A stretch of 62,022 nt of DNA from Bacillota bacterium (GTDB taxonomy: Bacteria; Bacillota; Sulfobacillia; Sulfobacillales; Sulfobacillaceae): contig JAJZZI010000048.1 of assembly GCA_021797635.1 (NCBI GenBank), positions 1 through 62,022 on the forward strand, read 5' to 3'. Made by a program: the position numbers and the translations under genes. Below, one piece after another: positions 19,045-27,551 of this stretch. The notes below the pieces were generated by a model. The model saw only the letters and a program-made list of their open reading frames with translations, made no database searches and was not told where the DNA came from. Position 1 is the stretch's first letter, and every line of letters starts with the position of its first letter.

Positions 19045-19500
19045 ATGGGACTTAACGAGGGAGAGCAGTTTCCAGACCTGAACACCCAAACGCATCAAGG
19101 ACAAGCCTTTAGTCTCAGTGGGTATCGAGGGCAAAAAAATGTGGTCTTATATTTTTATCCCAAGGATCTTACCCCAGGCTGTACCCGTGAGGCTATCGAT
19201 TTTGATCGCAAGCTAGAGCAATTTGGCGAGTACGACACGGTGGTGGTGGGGGTGAGTGTTGACCCCAAATCGGATCACGAGTCATTCAGTGCGGCCTGTG
19301 GCTTGCACTTCCCATTATTATCCGATACGGACCGCACGCTTTCTCGGCAGTTGGGAATCTTAAACGAAAAGGGAACCTATGCGAAGCGGACGACGTTTGT
19401 GATCGACAAGACAGGCAAAGTTCGGAAGATTTTTCACGTCACCCAAGTCGACGGGCATGTTGATCAGGTGCTAGAGGCGGTAAGCAGCCTTAAGCCTTAG
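19045..19500 (+). CDS. bcp: thioredoxin-dependent thiol peroxidase (Bcp-type peroxiredoxin)
   Basis: VVLYFYPKDLTPGCTREA active site. The ATG at 19045 lies 9 nt after AGGAG. Confidence 0.85.
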   Translation: MGLNEGEQFPDLNTQTHQGQAFSLSGYRGQKNVVLYFYPKDLTPGCTREAIDFDRKLEQFGEYDTVVVGVSVDPKSDHESFSAACGLHFPLLSDTDRTLSRQLGILNEKGTYAKRTTFVIDKTGKVRKIFHVTQVDGHVDQVLEAVSSLKP

Positions 19501-19577
19501 TCGACCACCCCGGATCGGCAAAGCGTCTACCCGGGCAAAGGGATGTCAGGGGCAAAGATCCACCGGGTGGGGGACTC

Positions 19578-19605
19578 TTGATTAGTTTGTGATTTTTGCT
19601 ACACT
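19578..19605 (+). promoter_or_regulatory. candidate promoter of rpmE
   Basis: TTGATT, 16-nt spacer ending in TGc, then TACACT (extended -10 like). Confidence 0.45.
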
Positions 19606-19659
19606 AGGTAAGGCATATGAACCGAATTCGGGAATTCGTGCATGAGAGAAGGTGACGGC

Positions 19660-19860
19660 GTGAAGGCAGATATTCATCCTAAGTATGCGCGTACCACGGT
19701 AACCTGTTCCTGTGGGGCGGTGTATCGGGTCGGCTCGACTCGGTCGGATTTGCGCATCGAGGTCTGTGGCAAGTGCCACCCGTTATACACGGGACAACAG
19801 CGTATTGTTGATACGGCGGGCCGAGTGGAACGATTCAAACGGCGCTACGGGCTCCAATAA
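19660..19860 (+). CDS. rpmE: 50S ribosomal protein L31
   Basis: The protein starts at a GTG (translated M) and reads MKADIHPKY...CSCG...CGKCHPLYTG, which includes the zinc-ribbon form. A GAGAAGGTGA SD lies upstream. Confidence 0.9.
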   Translation: MKADIHPKYARTTVTCSCGAVYRVGSTRSDLRIEVCGKCHPLYTGQQRIVDTAGRVERFKRRYGLQ

Positions 19861-19867
19861 AGGGAGT

Positions 19868-19896
19868 AAAACAGAGCCTAAGGCTCTGTTTTTTTT
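19868..19896 (+). terminator. rho-independent terminator after rpmE
   Basis: Stem ACAGAGCC / GGCTCTGT with a 3-nt loop, followed by T8. Confidence 0.8.
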
Positions 19897-19916
19897 AGTA
19901 AGAGAAGGACAGGGGA

Positions 19917-21002
19917 ATGGTGGCGATGGACGAAACCATAAGACAACGACTCGAGGAAATTGGTTCGCACTATGAGGCTCTCGGTGAAGAACTGTCGCAA
20001 CCGGAGGTGGCAAGCGATCCCGATCGCATGCGTCGCATTGGACAAGAGATGGCCAAGTGGGAAGCTCTCGTGCTGACCTACCAGAGATATCGAGAAATTC
20101 TAACCGAGATTGACACCGTGAAGGATTTGGCGCGTCAAGGTGATGAAGAGACGAGACTTTGGGCGACGGAGGAAATGAACCAATTTAAACTCGATGCGGA
20201 TCGGCTTGAAGGGGAGCTCGTTTTGTTGTTGCGGCCTCGGGACGCGAACGACGAGAAGAACGTCATCGTGGAAATTCGTGGCGGTGCAGGCGGCGACGAA
20301 GCCGCTTTGTTTGCGGCCTCACTCTATCGCATGTACGCTCGCTATGCCGAGCGCCAGCAGTGGAAGACGGAGATCTTGTCGTCGAATCCGACGGATATTG
20401 GAGGATTTAAAGAAATCATTTTCATGATTGAAGGATACGGGGCCTTTAGCCGTTTGAAGTTCGAACGGGGCGTGCATCGCGTACAACGTGTCCCCGTGAC
20501 CGAGGCTCAAGGCCGCATCCACACCTCCACGGTGACGGTCGCGGTGATGCCCGAAGCGGAAGAGGTGGATGTGGAGGTGGATCCTGACGATTTGCGCATC
20601 GATACCATGCGATCGAGCGGCGCGGGGGGACAACATGTCAACAAAACCGAGTCGGCGGTTCGCATCACCCACCTGCCCACTGGGATCGTGGTTTCCTGTC
20701 AAGATGAAAAATCTCAATTAAAAAATCGAGAAAAAGCCATGCGCGTGCTAAGAGCTCGGCTCAAGGCGCTTTACGACAGTGAGCGCGAGAAGGATTTGTC
20801 TGACCAACGGAAGAGTCAGATTGGCACGGGCGACCGTTCCGAACGCATTCGCACCTACAACTTTCCTCAGGGACGGGTTACGGATCATCGGGTCGGAGTC
20901 ACCTTGCATCGCTTGGAAAGCGTCCTCGATGGCGACATCGACGAACTCATTAGCGCTTTGGCCGCCCAGGAAGAGGCCGAACGGATGCGCGAGGCCCGTT
21001 AG
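19917..21002 (+). CDS. prfA: peptide chain release factor 1
   Basis: GGQHVNKT motif and the PVT tripeptide region ([14 protein letters not shown]). An alternative ATG at 19926 is possible. Confidence 0.95.
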   Translation: MVAMDETIRQRLEEIGSHYEALGEELSQPEVASDPDRMRRIGQEMAKWEALVLTYQRYREILTEIDTVKDLARQGDEETRLWATEEMNQFKLDADRLEGELVLLLRPRDANDEKNVIVEIRGGAGGDEAALFAASLYRMYARYAERQQWKTEILSSNPTDIGGFKEIIFMIEGYGAFSRLKFERGVHRVQRVPVTEAQGRIHTSTVTVAVMPEAEEVDVEVDPDDLRIDTMRSSGAGGQHVNKTESAVRITHLPTGIVVSCQDEKSQLKNREKAMRVLRARLKALYDSEREKDLSDQRKSQIGTGDRSERIRTYNFPQGRVTDHRVGVTLHRLESVLDGDIDELISALAAQEEAERMREAR

Positions 21003-21004
21003 CC

Positions 21005-21919
21005 GTGGAGGCCGCGACGCGACGTGTCATTCAAGAGGCCACCCGGGTTTTGCGTGGAGCGGGGATTGAAGAGCCCGAACGAGAGGTCTATCGGATTCTT
21101 AGTTTGACCTTGGCCCCGATGACGACGATGGAGGCCTTTTGGACGTCTCCCTCCGCCTCGTTGACGGCGGAGCAAAGTGAGCGTTTTCAACAGTTGATTT
21201 CCCGCCGCGCCCACGGGGAACCCTTCGCCTATCTTAGCCAAAGACGGGAATTCTTCGGTTTAGACTTGTTCATTCCGCCTGGCGTGCTGATTCCCCGCCC
21301 TGAAACCGAGGACCTGGTCGAAGCGGTGTTAAGCGCCCATAGCGGTTCGGAAAGCCTGACCGCCCGCGATGTCGGCTGCGGTAGTGGAGCTATCGCCTTG
21401 GCGCTGAAGAAATTTCGGCCAGACTGGCAGATTTGGGCCACCGACCTGTATTGCTGGCCGCTGATGGTGACCATGATCAACAGCTATCGCTTGCAGTTGC
21501 CACTGCATTGCTGGCGAAGTGACCTGCTTGGCTCGGCTGTCGATGGGCCGCCTCGAAAGGTTGCACCGGGTGGCCGATACGATATTATTTGTGCTAACCT
21601 GCCGTATGTGAGTCGTGAAGATGTGCATCGTATGAGCGGGGAGACGAAGTTCGAGCCCGAGCATGCACTGTACGCTCCCGATCACGGCTTTGCCTTGCTC
21701 GAACGGCTGGTACGCGAGGCTCCAGCGTGCTTGGCGGACGGTGGCAGCCTGTTCTTGGAAGTAGGAGCCGGTCAGGCGGATAGGGTGTATCATCAAATGC
21801 GAGCTCAGGGCTTCTTGCAGGTAGAAAAACTTCGAGATCTCTCAGGTGTGGACCGTATCGTGGTGGGCTGGTGGGGAGGGAGCGAAAATGGCAGAATGGT
21901 TGTCGGCGCGCACCCTTAG
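21005..21919 (+). CDS. prmC: release-factor glutamine N5-methyltransferase PrmC/HemK
   Basis: SAM-binding DVGCGSGAIAL and a catalytic tetrapeptide that reads NLPY rather than NPPY. It sits immediately after prfA. Confidence 0.85.
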   Translation: MEAATRRVIQEATRVLRGAGIEEPEREVYRILSLTLAPMTTMEAFWTSPSASLTAEQSERFQQLISRRAHGEPFAYLSQRREFFGLDLFIPPGVLIPRPETEDLVEAVLSAHSGSESLTARDVGCGSGAIALALKKFRPDWQIWATDLYCWPLMVTMINSYRLQLPLHCWRSDLLGSAVDGPPRKVAPGGRYDIICANLPYVSREDVHRMSGETKFEPEHALYAPDHGFALLERLVREAPACLADGGSLFLEVGAGQADRVYHQMRAQGFLQVEKLRDLSGVDRIVVGWWGGSENGRMVVGAHP

Positions 21920-22211
21920 ACAATGGTGGGCGAGCGGGCGGCCGATGACCGTCATCGACGTGCGCTTGGGCACGCCGAGCACGATGCCCGGAGCCATCCA
22001 TATTCCGGTGACGGACTTGGAGGACGAACCCAGAAAGTTTCCCGACGATCACGACCTTGTGGTGTTTTGCCAATACGGCGGCCGCGGCAGCGACTATGCT
22101 GCCGAGGTGTTAGAGGAGCAAGGGTATGGCCGGGTCTATAAGTTGACTGGCGGGCTTGATGCCTACCTCGCGCTGTCTCATGATGAAGGCGAACTGGGAG
22201 CACGCTCATGA
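21888..22211 (+). CDS. single-domain rhodanese-like sulfurtransferase
   Basis: Active-site loop CQYGGRGS (CX4R). GGGGAGGGAG SD. Overlaps the prmC 3' end by 32 nt. Confidence 0.7.
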   Translation: MAEWLSARTLRQWWASGRPMTVIDVRLGTPSTMPGAIHIPVTDLEDEPRKFPDDHDLVVFCQYGGRGSDYAAEVLEEQGYGRVYKLTGGLDAYLALSHDEGELGARS

Positions 22212-23653
22212 ACACAGTGGTCGCTAAAGCCAGCGCCGACCAAGTCGAGCGGGCGGCTCGTCTCTTATCGCTGGGCGAATTAGTGGCCTTTCCTACGGAA
22301 ACGGTGTATGGATTGGGGTGCGATGCCTTCAATGATCAGGCGGCACAGAAGATTTTTGAGGTCAAAGGGCGCCCGGCGGACAACCCCCTCATCGTGCACG
22401 TACTCGATTGGCCGATGCTCCTGGAGGTCGCCGAGGCTCCGCTGCCCACGTGGGCCATCCAGTTAGCTCGTCGGTTTTGGCCTGGACCGTTAACCTTGGT
22501 GATGCCGAGCCGAGCGTCACTCTCGCCCAGGGTTCGTGGTGGCCTGAACACCGTGGCGGTAAGGATGCCCAGCCATCCCGTGGCTCGAGACCTCTTGCGG
22601 GCACTCGGTCGTCCGATTGCGGCGCCCAGCGCTAACCGGTCGGGCCGGCCTAGCCCCACGGATGCGAGGGCGGTGGATGAAGATTTACGGGGGAGGATCC
22701 CCCTCATTCTAGACGGGGGACCGAGCGAGGTCGGACTGGAGTCGACCGTCGTAGACATTACTTTGAGCCCTCCGGCATTGCTCCGCCCTGGTGGCATCGG
22801 CCGAGAAGCGTTAGAGACGGTGGTTGGCCCATTGGCACCACCTACCCAAGGTGGACTTTCTCGGTCTCCAGGAACGAGGTATCGGCATTACGCGCCGAAG
22901 GCCCGTGTGGTCGTGCTGACCGGGGACGGAGACGCACTTCAAAGCCAACTCTCCGTGCTCGATCAGGGACCGGGCACGTTGGCGGTGATGGCCAAGGGTT
23001 CGGTGTTAGCCAAACTCGCAAAAGAACCGAGTAGATGTTTTAGCCTGGGGGAGACGGCCGAAGATGCCGCGAAAACTCTATTTCGAGGCCTTCGTGAGCT
23101 CGATCGCATAGATCCAGACTCGATTGCGGTCATTTGGGACACCGACCAAGGCATCGGTGAGGCCATACTCAATCGCCTGCGCAAGGCGGAGACTAAGCCA
23201 GAAGACACTTTGCTGTTTTTATGCAGCGGCAACACCTGTCGCAGTCCTATGGCCGAAGCTTTGTGGAACCAGCGCTATGCCCTGGTGTCTGCGTCTTCGG
23301 CCGGTCTGCTAGCCACATCGGGAGCGCCGGCAACGGAATCAGCCAAGCGAGCGGTGGCGCGGTTTGGAGCGTCTCTGGAAAACCATCGCGCGCGCCCCTT
23401 AGCCCGAGTGACAGACGAGCCGCTTATGGTCGTCACCATGACCGCCGACCAGGCTCAAGCTGCGCGACGGCTACGGCCCGAGTGGACCTCCCGCATCGCC
23501 AGTTTAAGCGAATGGCTCCACGAAGATTTCGGCGATATAATCGACCCCTACGGATCGAGTGACGAAGTGTATCAGGCGGTAGCAAGAAAACTGGACTCAC
23601 TTTTGCCCCGCCTTTGGCAGGTGGTTTGGGATAGAATGTCGAAGGAACGGTGA
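22208..23653 (+). CDS. L-threonylcarbamoyladenylate synthase (Sua5/TsaC/YwlC) fused to a low-molecular-weight protein phosphatase (YwlE-like)
   Basis: The N-terminal YrdC domain (FPTETVYGLGCDA, KGRPADNPLIVHV) and the Sua5 C-domain are followed by an LMW-PTP domain with P-loop CSGNTCRS and DPYG. All lie in one uninterrupted 481-aa frame. Confidence 0.85.
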   Translation: MNTVVAKASADQVERAARLLSLGELVAFPTETVYGLGCDAFNDQAAQKIFEVKGRPADNPLIVHVLDWPMLLEVAEAPLPTWAIQLARRFWPGPLTLVMPSRASLSPRVRGGLNTVAVRMPSHPVARDLLRALGRPIAAPSANRSGRPSPTDARAVDEDLRGRIPLILDGGPSEVGLESTVVDITLSPPALLRPGGIGREALETVVGPLAPPTQGGLSRSPGTRYRHYAPKARVVVLTGDGDALQSQLSVLDQGPGTLAVMAKGSVLAKLAKEPSRCFSLGETAEDAAKTLFRGLRELDRIDPDSIAVIWDTDQGIGEAILNRLRKAETKPEDTLLFLCSGNTCRSPMAEALWNQRYALVSASSAGLLATSGAPATESAKRAVARFGASLENHRARPLARVTDEPLMVVTMTADQAQAARRLRPEWTSRIASLSEWLHEDFGDIIDPYGSSDEVYQAVARKLDSLLPRLWQVVWDRMSKER

Positions 23654-23687
23654 GGATTAAATCTTAGGCGACATGGAGGGGATGGAC

Positions 23688-24134
23688 GTGCGCATTGCTG
23701 TTGGTGCAGATCATGCGGGCTGGCCCCTCAAAGAGGGCTTGGTCCGGTTTCTGATGGACCGTGGCTGGGATGTTGAGGATTTTGGCACCTTTAACGACGA
23801 GAGCGTGGACTATCCCGACTATGCGGAAAAGGTGGGTCGGGCGGTATCTGCTGGCCATGCGGATCGGGGCCTGTTACTTTGCGGTACGGGGCTAGGCATG
23901 TGCATCTCTGCCAATAAAGTGGCGGGCGTACGCGCGGTGACCGCTAATGACTTGATGTCGGCGCGGCTGTCGCGAGAGCATAACGACGCGAACGTGCTGA
24001 CCATGGGCGCCAGGACCACGGCGGCAGCCATGGCCGAAGAGATCTTGGCCGTATGGCTGGACACTGAATTTGTCGGAGGTCGGCACCAACGCCGGGTAGA
24101 AAAGATTCAGAATTTGGAGAGCCCTCAATTCTAA
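23688..24134 (+). CDS. rpiB: ribose-5-phosphate isomerase B
   Basis: The protein starts at a GTG (translated M) and reads MRIAVGADHAG...LLCGTGLGMCISANK. The GTG at 23688 best fits the family N-terminus and the GGAGGGG SD. The track start is 23673. Confidence 0.85.
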   Translation: MRIAVGADHAGWPLKEGLVRFLMDRGWDVEDFGTFNDESVDYPDYAEKVGRAVSAGHADRGLLLCGTGLGMCISANKVAGVRAVTANDLMSARLSREHNDANVLTMGARTTAAAMAEEILAVWLDTEFVGGRHQRRVEKIQNLESPQF

Positions 24135-24143
24135 GGAGGGGCC

Positions 24144-24779
24144 GTGGGTGAAATGTTGACCGTGGTCCGCCACCCGTTGGCGAGGGTGCATCTGACCGCG
24201 CTGCGCGACGAGCACTCAGAAGCTGAGCAGTTTCGGCACCACTTGCTACAACTGACTCGCATCATGGCATACCTCGTCTTCAACCAGTTGCACGTGCAGA
24301 CCGTATCCGTGACCACTCCGCTAGGTGAATCGGCCCAAGGCGCGGTCTTGGCGCGACCACCGGTTTTGGTGCCGGTCCTCAGAGCTGGTCTGGGGATGGT
24401 AGAGGGCCTCATCGACCTTGTCCCGGGTGCGGTCGTATCGCATCTGGGACTGTACCGGGATGAAAAGACCCTAACCCCAAAGCCGTATTACAAAAACTTT
24501 CCCGAAAGCGCTCGCCTGTGGCCATTCTTCATTCTTGACCCTATGCTGGCCACTGGGGGCTCGGCGATAGAGGCCATTGATTATCTTCGCTCGGAGGGAG
24601 CCGAGGAGATCGTTCTGGTGTCCATTATTTCGGCGGTGAGCGGGATCGAGCGCGTGTTTTTGCACCATCCGAGCGTGCCCATCTTCACGTGCGCCGTCGA
24701 TGAGAAGTTAAATGAGCGCGGCTATATTCTGCCCGGATTGGGGGATGCTGGTGACAGACAATTCGGGACCGGTCTCTGA
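24144..24779 (+). CDS. upp: uracil phosphoribosyltransferase
   Basis: VVRHPLARVHLTALRD at the N-terminus, ILDPMLATGGSA PRPP loop and YILPGLGDAGDR at the C-terminus. The ATG at 24153 is an alternative start. Confidence 0.9.
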   Translation: MGEMLTVVRHPLARVHLTALRDEHSEAEQFRHHLLQLTRIMAYLVFNQLHVQTVSVTTPLGESAQGAVLARPPVLVPVLRAGLGMVEGLIDLVPGAVVSHLGLYRDEKTLTPKPYYKNFPESARLWPFFILDPMLATGGSAIEAIDYLRSEGAEEIVLVSIISAVSGIERVFLHHPSVPIFTCAVDEKLNERGYILPGLGDAGDRQFGTGL

Positions 24780-24792
24780 TCGGATCTGACTA

Positions 24793-24821
24793 TTGTGAAC
24801 CATGTCAGCTTTGCTTATAAT
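24793..24821 (+). promoter_or_regulatory. candidate promoter of the atp operon
   Basis: TTGTGA (24793-24798), 17-nt spacer, TATAAT (24816-24821). Confidence 0.5.
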
Positions 24822-24955
24822 ACTCCGGGGGATAGTGTACCTGGACCGTGTCTTGGTGACGAATCTCGTCGAATGCGGTTAGGTTCGCCATGGTGCCCAC
24901 CGAAGCCCTAGTAATAAAAGGACGTCGATGGGGCTTTTTGTGTGAGGCGGAGGTT

Positions 24956-25162
24956 ATGGATAAATCCAGGCGACGGATGTCTCGAACAGTGGCCGTGGCT
25001 GCGGCGGGTGGAGAATTGGTATTTGCAGTCACCGCAGGCGTGTTGTTTGGGCGATGGTTAGACCATCGATTAGGTACAACCCCGTGGTTGACGGCAGGAG
25101 GGGTGCTGGTGGGATTCACTCTGGGCACCTGGGCACTATACCGGGCCGTGACTCAGGAGTGA
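24956..25162 (+). CDS. atpZ: AtpZ/AtpR-type small membrane protein of the atp operon
   Basis: 68 aa with two TM segments. GRWLDHRLGTTPWLTAGGVLVGFTLG matches the ATPase_gene1 family pattern. Confidence 0.6.
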   Translation: MDKSRRRMSRTVAVAAAGGELVFAVTAGVLFGRWLDHRLGTTPWLTAGGVLVGFTLGTWALYRAVTQE

Positions 25163-25536
25163 TGCGGGTCGATCGGTCCTACCGGACCGTGCGTGGCGGG
25201 ATTGTGATTCTCGGAGTTGCCAGCCTGTTGTTGACCTTTATTCCGGTAGCAAAGGATTTGGCCTGGTCGGCACTGTTGGGTCTCTTATTAGGTGGGTTGA
25301 ATTTTCACCTCCTTTTGTCTGGGCTGCGTAGGGCGCTAAGATTGCATCCGGGCACTGCTCACGGATCATTTCAAGTGGCGAGCTTCTTTCGTTTAGTAGT
25401 GGTTGGAGGCTTGCTCTTATGGGCGGCAGTCCAAGGCCCGCGGTTGCTCGCTTGGCCCGTGCTAGGGGGATTTTTTCTGCCGGAGATTCTGTTTTTTATT
25501 GAGTTTTACCGAGGAGCGAAGGAGGAGTCCCCTTGA
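25162..25536 (+). CDS. atpI: ATP synthase protein I
   Basis: 124-aa hydrophobic protein between atpZ and atpB. The ATG overlaps the atpZ stop (TGATG). Confidence 0.6.
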   Translation: MRVDRSYRTVRGGIVILGVASLLLTFIPVAKDLAWSALLGLLLGGLNFHLLLSGLRRALRLHPGTAHGSFQVASFFRLVVVGGLLLWAAVQGPRLLAWPVLGGFFLPEILFFIEFYRGAKEESP

Positions 25537-26195
25537 TTTGGCATATTGGCTCGATTGCCATCGACGGGTCTGAAGTGATCTATACCTGGATTGCTATTGT
25601 GATAGCTGGCGCCGGACTGACCCTGCTGTCGCGAAGGGTGACCGCGGGAGCCCCGGGTGTGGCTCAAGGGTTGTTAGAGTCTGTGTTTGAATTCATCGCA
25701 GATTTGGCCAAGACCAGTTTCGACCCCAACCGCGATCCCTTTCTCTATGAGCTCTTGATTTTCTTATTTACCTTTTTGGTGGCTGCCAATTTTGAAGGCA
25801 TGATACCTATCGTGCATTCAGCTACTTCGAATCTTAACCTAACGGCGGCGCTGGCTTTGTCGGTGTTTATTCTGATTCAGATTTACGGCGTCAGATCGCA
25901 TGGTCTGTCCTATTTCAAGCATTTTATGAAGCCGTTCCTTCCGCTTCTTCCGATCAATATCATCGAAGAGTTTTCGAAACCGCTGACACTGGCCTTCCGT
26001 CTCTTTGGCAACATTTTGGTGGGCGATATTTTCATGCAGCTTATTAGTCGCTTCCGCTTAATCTTGTTTGTTTTCGGCGGATTCATTGCAGCCTTTGTGT
26101 GGTGGGGATTCACCGCGTTTGTGGATGGGATACAGGCGTTCATCTTTATGGTATTGACCATGGCCTATGTCGGTCGCGCCATGGCGGATGAATAG
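25533..26195 (+). CDS. atpB: F0F1 ATP synthase subunit a
   Basis: Conserved LAFRLFGNILVG arginine helix. The TTG start overlaps the atpI stop. Confidence 0.9.
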   Translation: MIWHIGSIAIDGSEVIYTWIAIVIAGAGLTLLSRRVTAGAPGVAQGLLESVFEFIADLAKTSFDPNRDPFLYELLIFLFTFLVAANFEGMIPIVHSATSNLNLTAALALSVFILIQIYGVRSHGLSYFKHFMKPFLPLLPINIIEEFSKPLTLAFRLFGNILVGDIFMQLISRFRLILFVFGGFIAAFVWWGFTAFVDGIQAFIFMVLTMAYVGRAMADE

Positions 26196-26226
26196 CCGTC
26201 TAACAACTTGGAGGTAGAGAACGAAG

Positions 26227-26463
26227 ATGACACTGATGGATCTAACTAGCGCTCGAGCCATTGGAGATGCAATCGGATTCGGGGTTGCCGCCGCCGGAGG
26301 CGCGGTCGGAGATGGGTTGGTGGCCAGCCGCCTCATTGAAGGCGTGGCCCGCCAACCAGAAGCGCAAGGTCGGTTAATGCCGCTGGCCTTTCTATTCATT
26401 GGGTTGGTAGAAGCACTTCCGATCATCGCCTTGGTGTTATTCTTGGTGCACCTAATCGGTTAA
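26227..26463 (+). CDS. atpE: F0F1 ATP synthase subunit c
   Basis: 78-aa hairpin proteolipid with ARQPE loop and the carboxylate in GLVEALPII. Confidence 0.9.
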   Translation: MTLMDLTSARAIGDAIGFGVAAAGGAVGDGLVASRLIEGVARQPEAQGRLMPLAFLFIGLVEALPIIALVLFLVHLIG

Positions 26464-26511
26464 TCCGGCTAATACGTTCGCCCGCCTACGGGAGAAAGGG
26501 AGGAGCCGAAA

Positions 26512-27006
26512 TTGGGTCAGTCGGTGTCACTGAGTTGGCAGATGGTGGTTATTGAACTGATCTCGGTGATCTTGTTGTTTGTATTTCTGCGTCGATTTGC
26601 CTTTCCCAGCATTATTAAAGCCATGCAGGACAGGGCGCGTCGCATCCAAAGCGATTTGGATACGGCCGAAGCGACAAGACGCGAAGCCGAGGAACTCAAG
26701 GCCCATCTAGAGCAAGAGGTAAAAGAAATTAAGTTGCGAGCCGAGGAAACCCTTACTCGAGCCATCAAAGAGGCGCAGGCTGAGAAGCGGTCGATTCTTG
26801 ACGAGTCGCATCGGGAATCAAAACGGATTATGGCGGAGGCGGAAGCGGAGATTGCCCGTCAACGCCAAGCGATGGTGCAAGAGGTGCGCCAGCAGGTGGT
26901 GGACTTGTCCTTAGAAGTGGCCGAGCGAGTCATACGGGAACGGATTGATCAAACGGACCGCAAACTGGTCAACGACTTTGTGGACCGCTTGGGGGTGCCG
27001 CAGTGA
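26512..27006 (+). CDS. atpF: F0F1 ATP synthase subunit b
   Basis: One N-terminal TM segment, then a long charged helix (E/R/K/A rich). TTG start after GGGAGGAG. Confidence 0.85.
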   Translation: MGQSVSLSWQMVVIELISVILLFVFLRRFAFPSIIKAMQDRARRIQSDLDTAEATRREAEELKAHLEQEVKEIKLRAEETLTRAIKEAQAEKRSILDESHRESKRIMAEAEAEIARQRQAMVQEVRQQVVDLSLEVAERVIRERIDQTDRKLVNDFVDRLGVPQ

Positions 27007-27551
27007 CCGCTCAGAGTGTGGCCCGCCGTTATGCCGCCGCCCTGATGGCGGCCAGCCAAGCTCCGTTAGATGATGGGCTGGACCGCCAACTTGCGGAATT
27101 GGCGCAGACGCTCACTTCGAGCGAAGGACGGTTGTTGTTTTTTAATCCGACCATATCGGCATCCGCCAAGCGAGCACTCGTGCAAAAACTGGTGGGCGAG
27201 AGCGACATTTTGTATCGATTTCTAGCGGTTGTCATCGAACATGGTCGTGAGCAGTTAATTGAAGAGGTGGCTCGGGCGTTTCATCACCTGGTCTTGACTC
27301 AGGCGGGATACACCGAGGCGGTGGTGGAAACAGCACGGGTCTTGGATACTGAAGAGCAGGAATTAGCTCGAATGGCTTTAGACCGCTTTTTAGGCAAGAA
27401 GTCCTGGCCCACCTTTCAGGTGGAGCCTGCCCTGATTGGCGGCATTCGGGTACGATTTGGTGACCGCATGATTGACGGCACGGTGGCTGGTGACCTAAGC
27501 AGACTACGCAATCTCTTGAGCCAAGCGAATCAAAGTGAGGTGTCCCCATGA
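27003..27551 (+). CDS. atpH: F0F1 ATP synthase subunit delta
   Basis: N-terminal VARRYAAAL and C-terminal [16 protein letters not shown], at the canonical operon position. Confidence 0.85.
   Translation: MTAQSVARRYAAALMAASQAPLDDGLDRQLAELAQTLTSSEGRLLFFNPTISASAKRALVQKLVGESDILYRFLAVVIEHGREQLIEEVARAFHHLVLTQAGYTEAVVETARVLDTEEQELARMALDRFLGKKSWPTFQVEPALIGGIRVRFGDRMIDGTVAGDLSRLRNLLSQANQSEVSP

Noticed and set aside
24805-25128. 107-aa minus-strand ORF between upp and atpI.
   Set aside because: The plus strand encodes a good AtpZ-type two-TM protein in the canonical position upstream of atpI. The minus ORF is low-complexity (P/N/T/A rich) and has no RBS.
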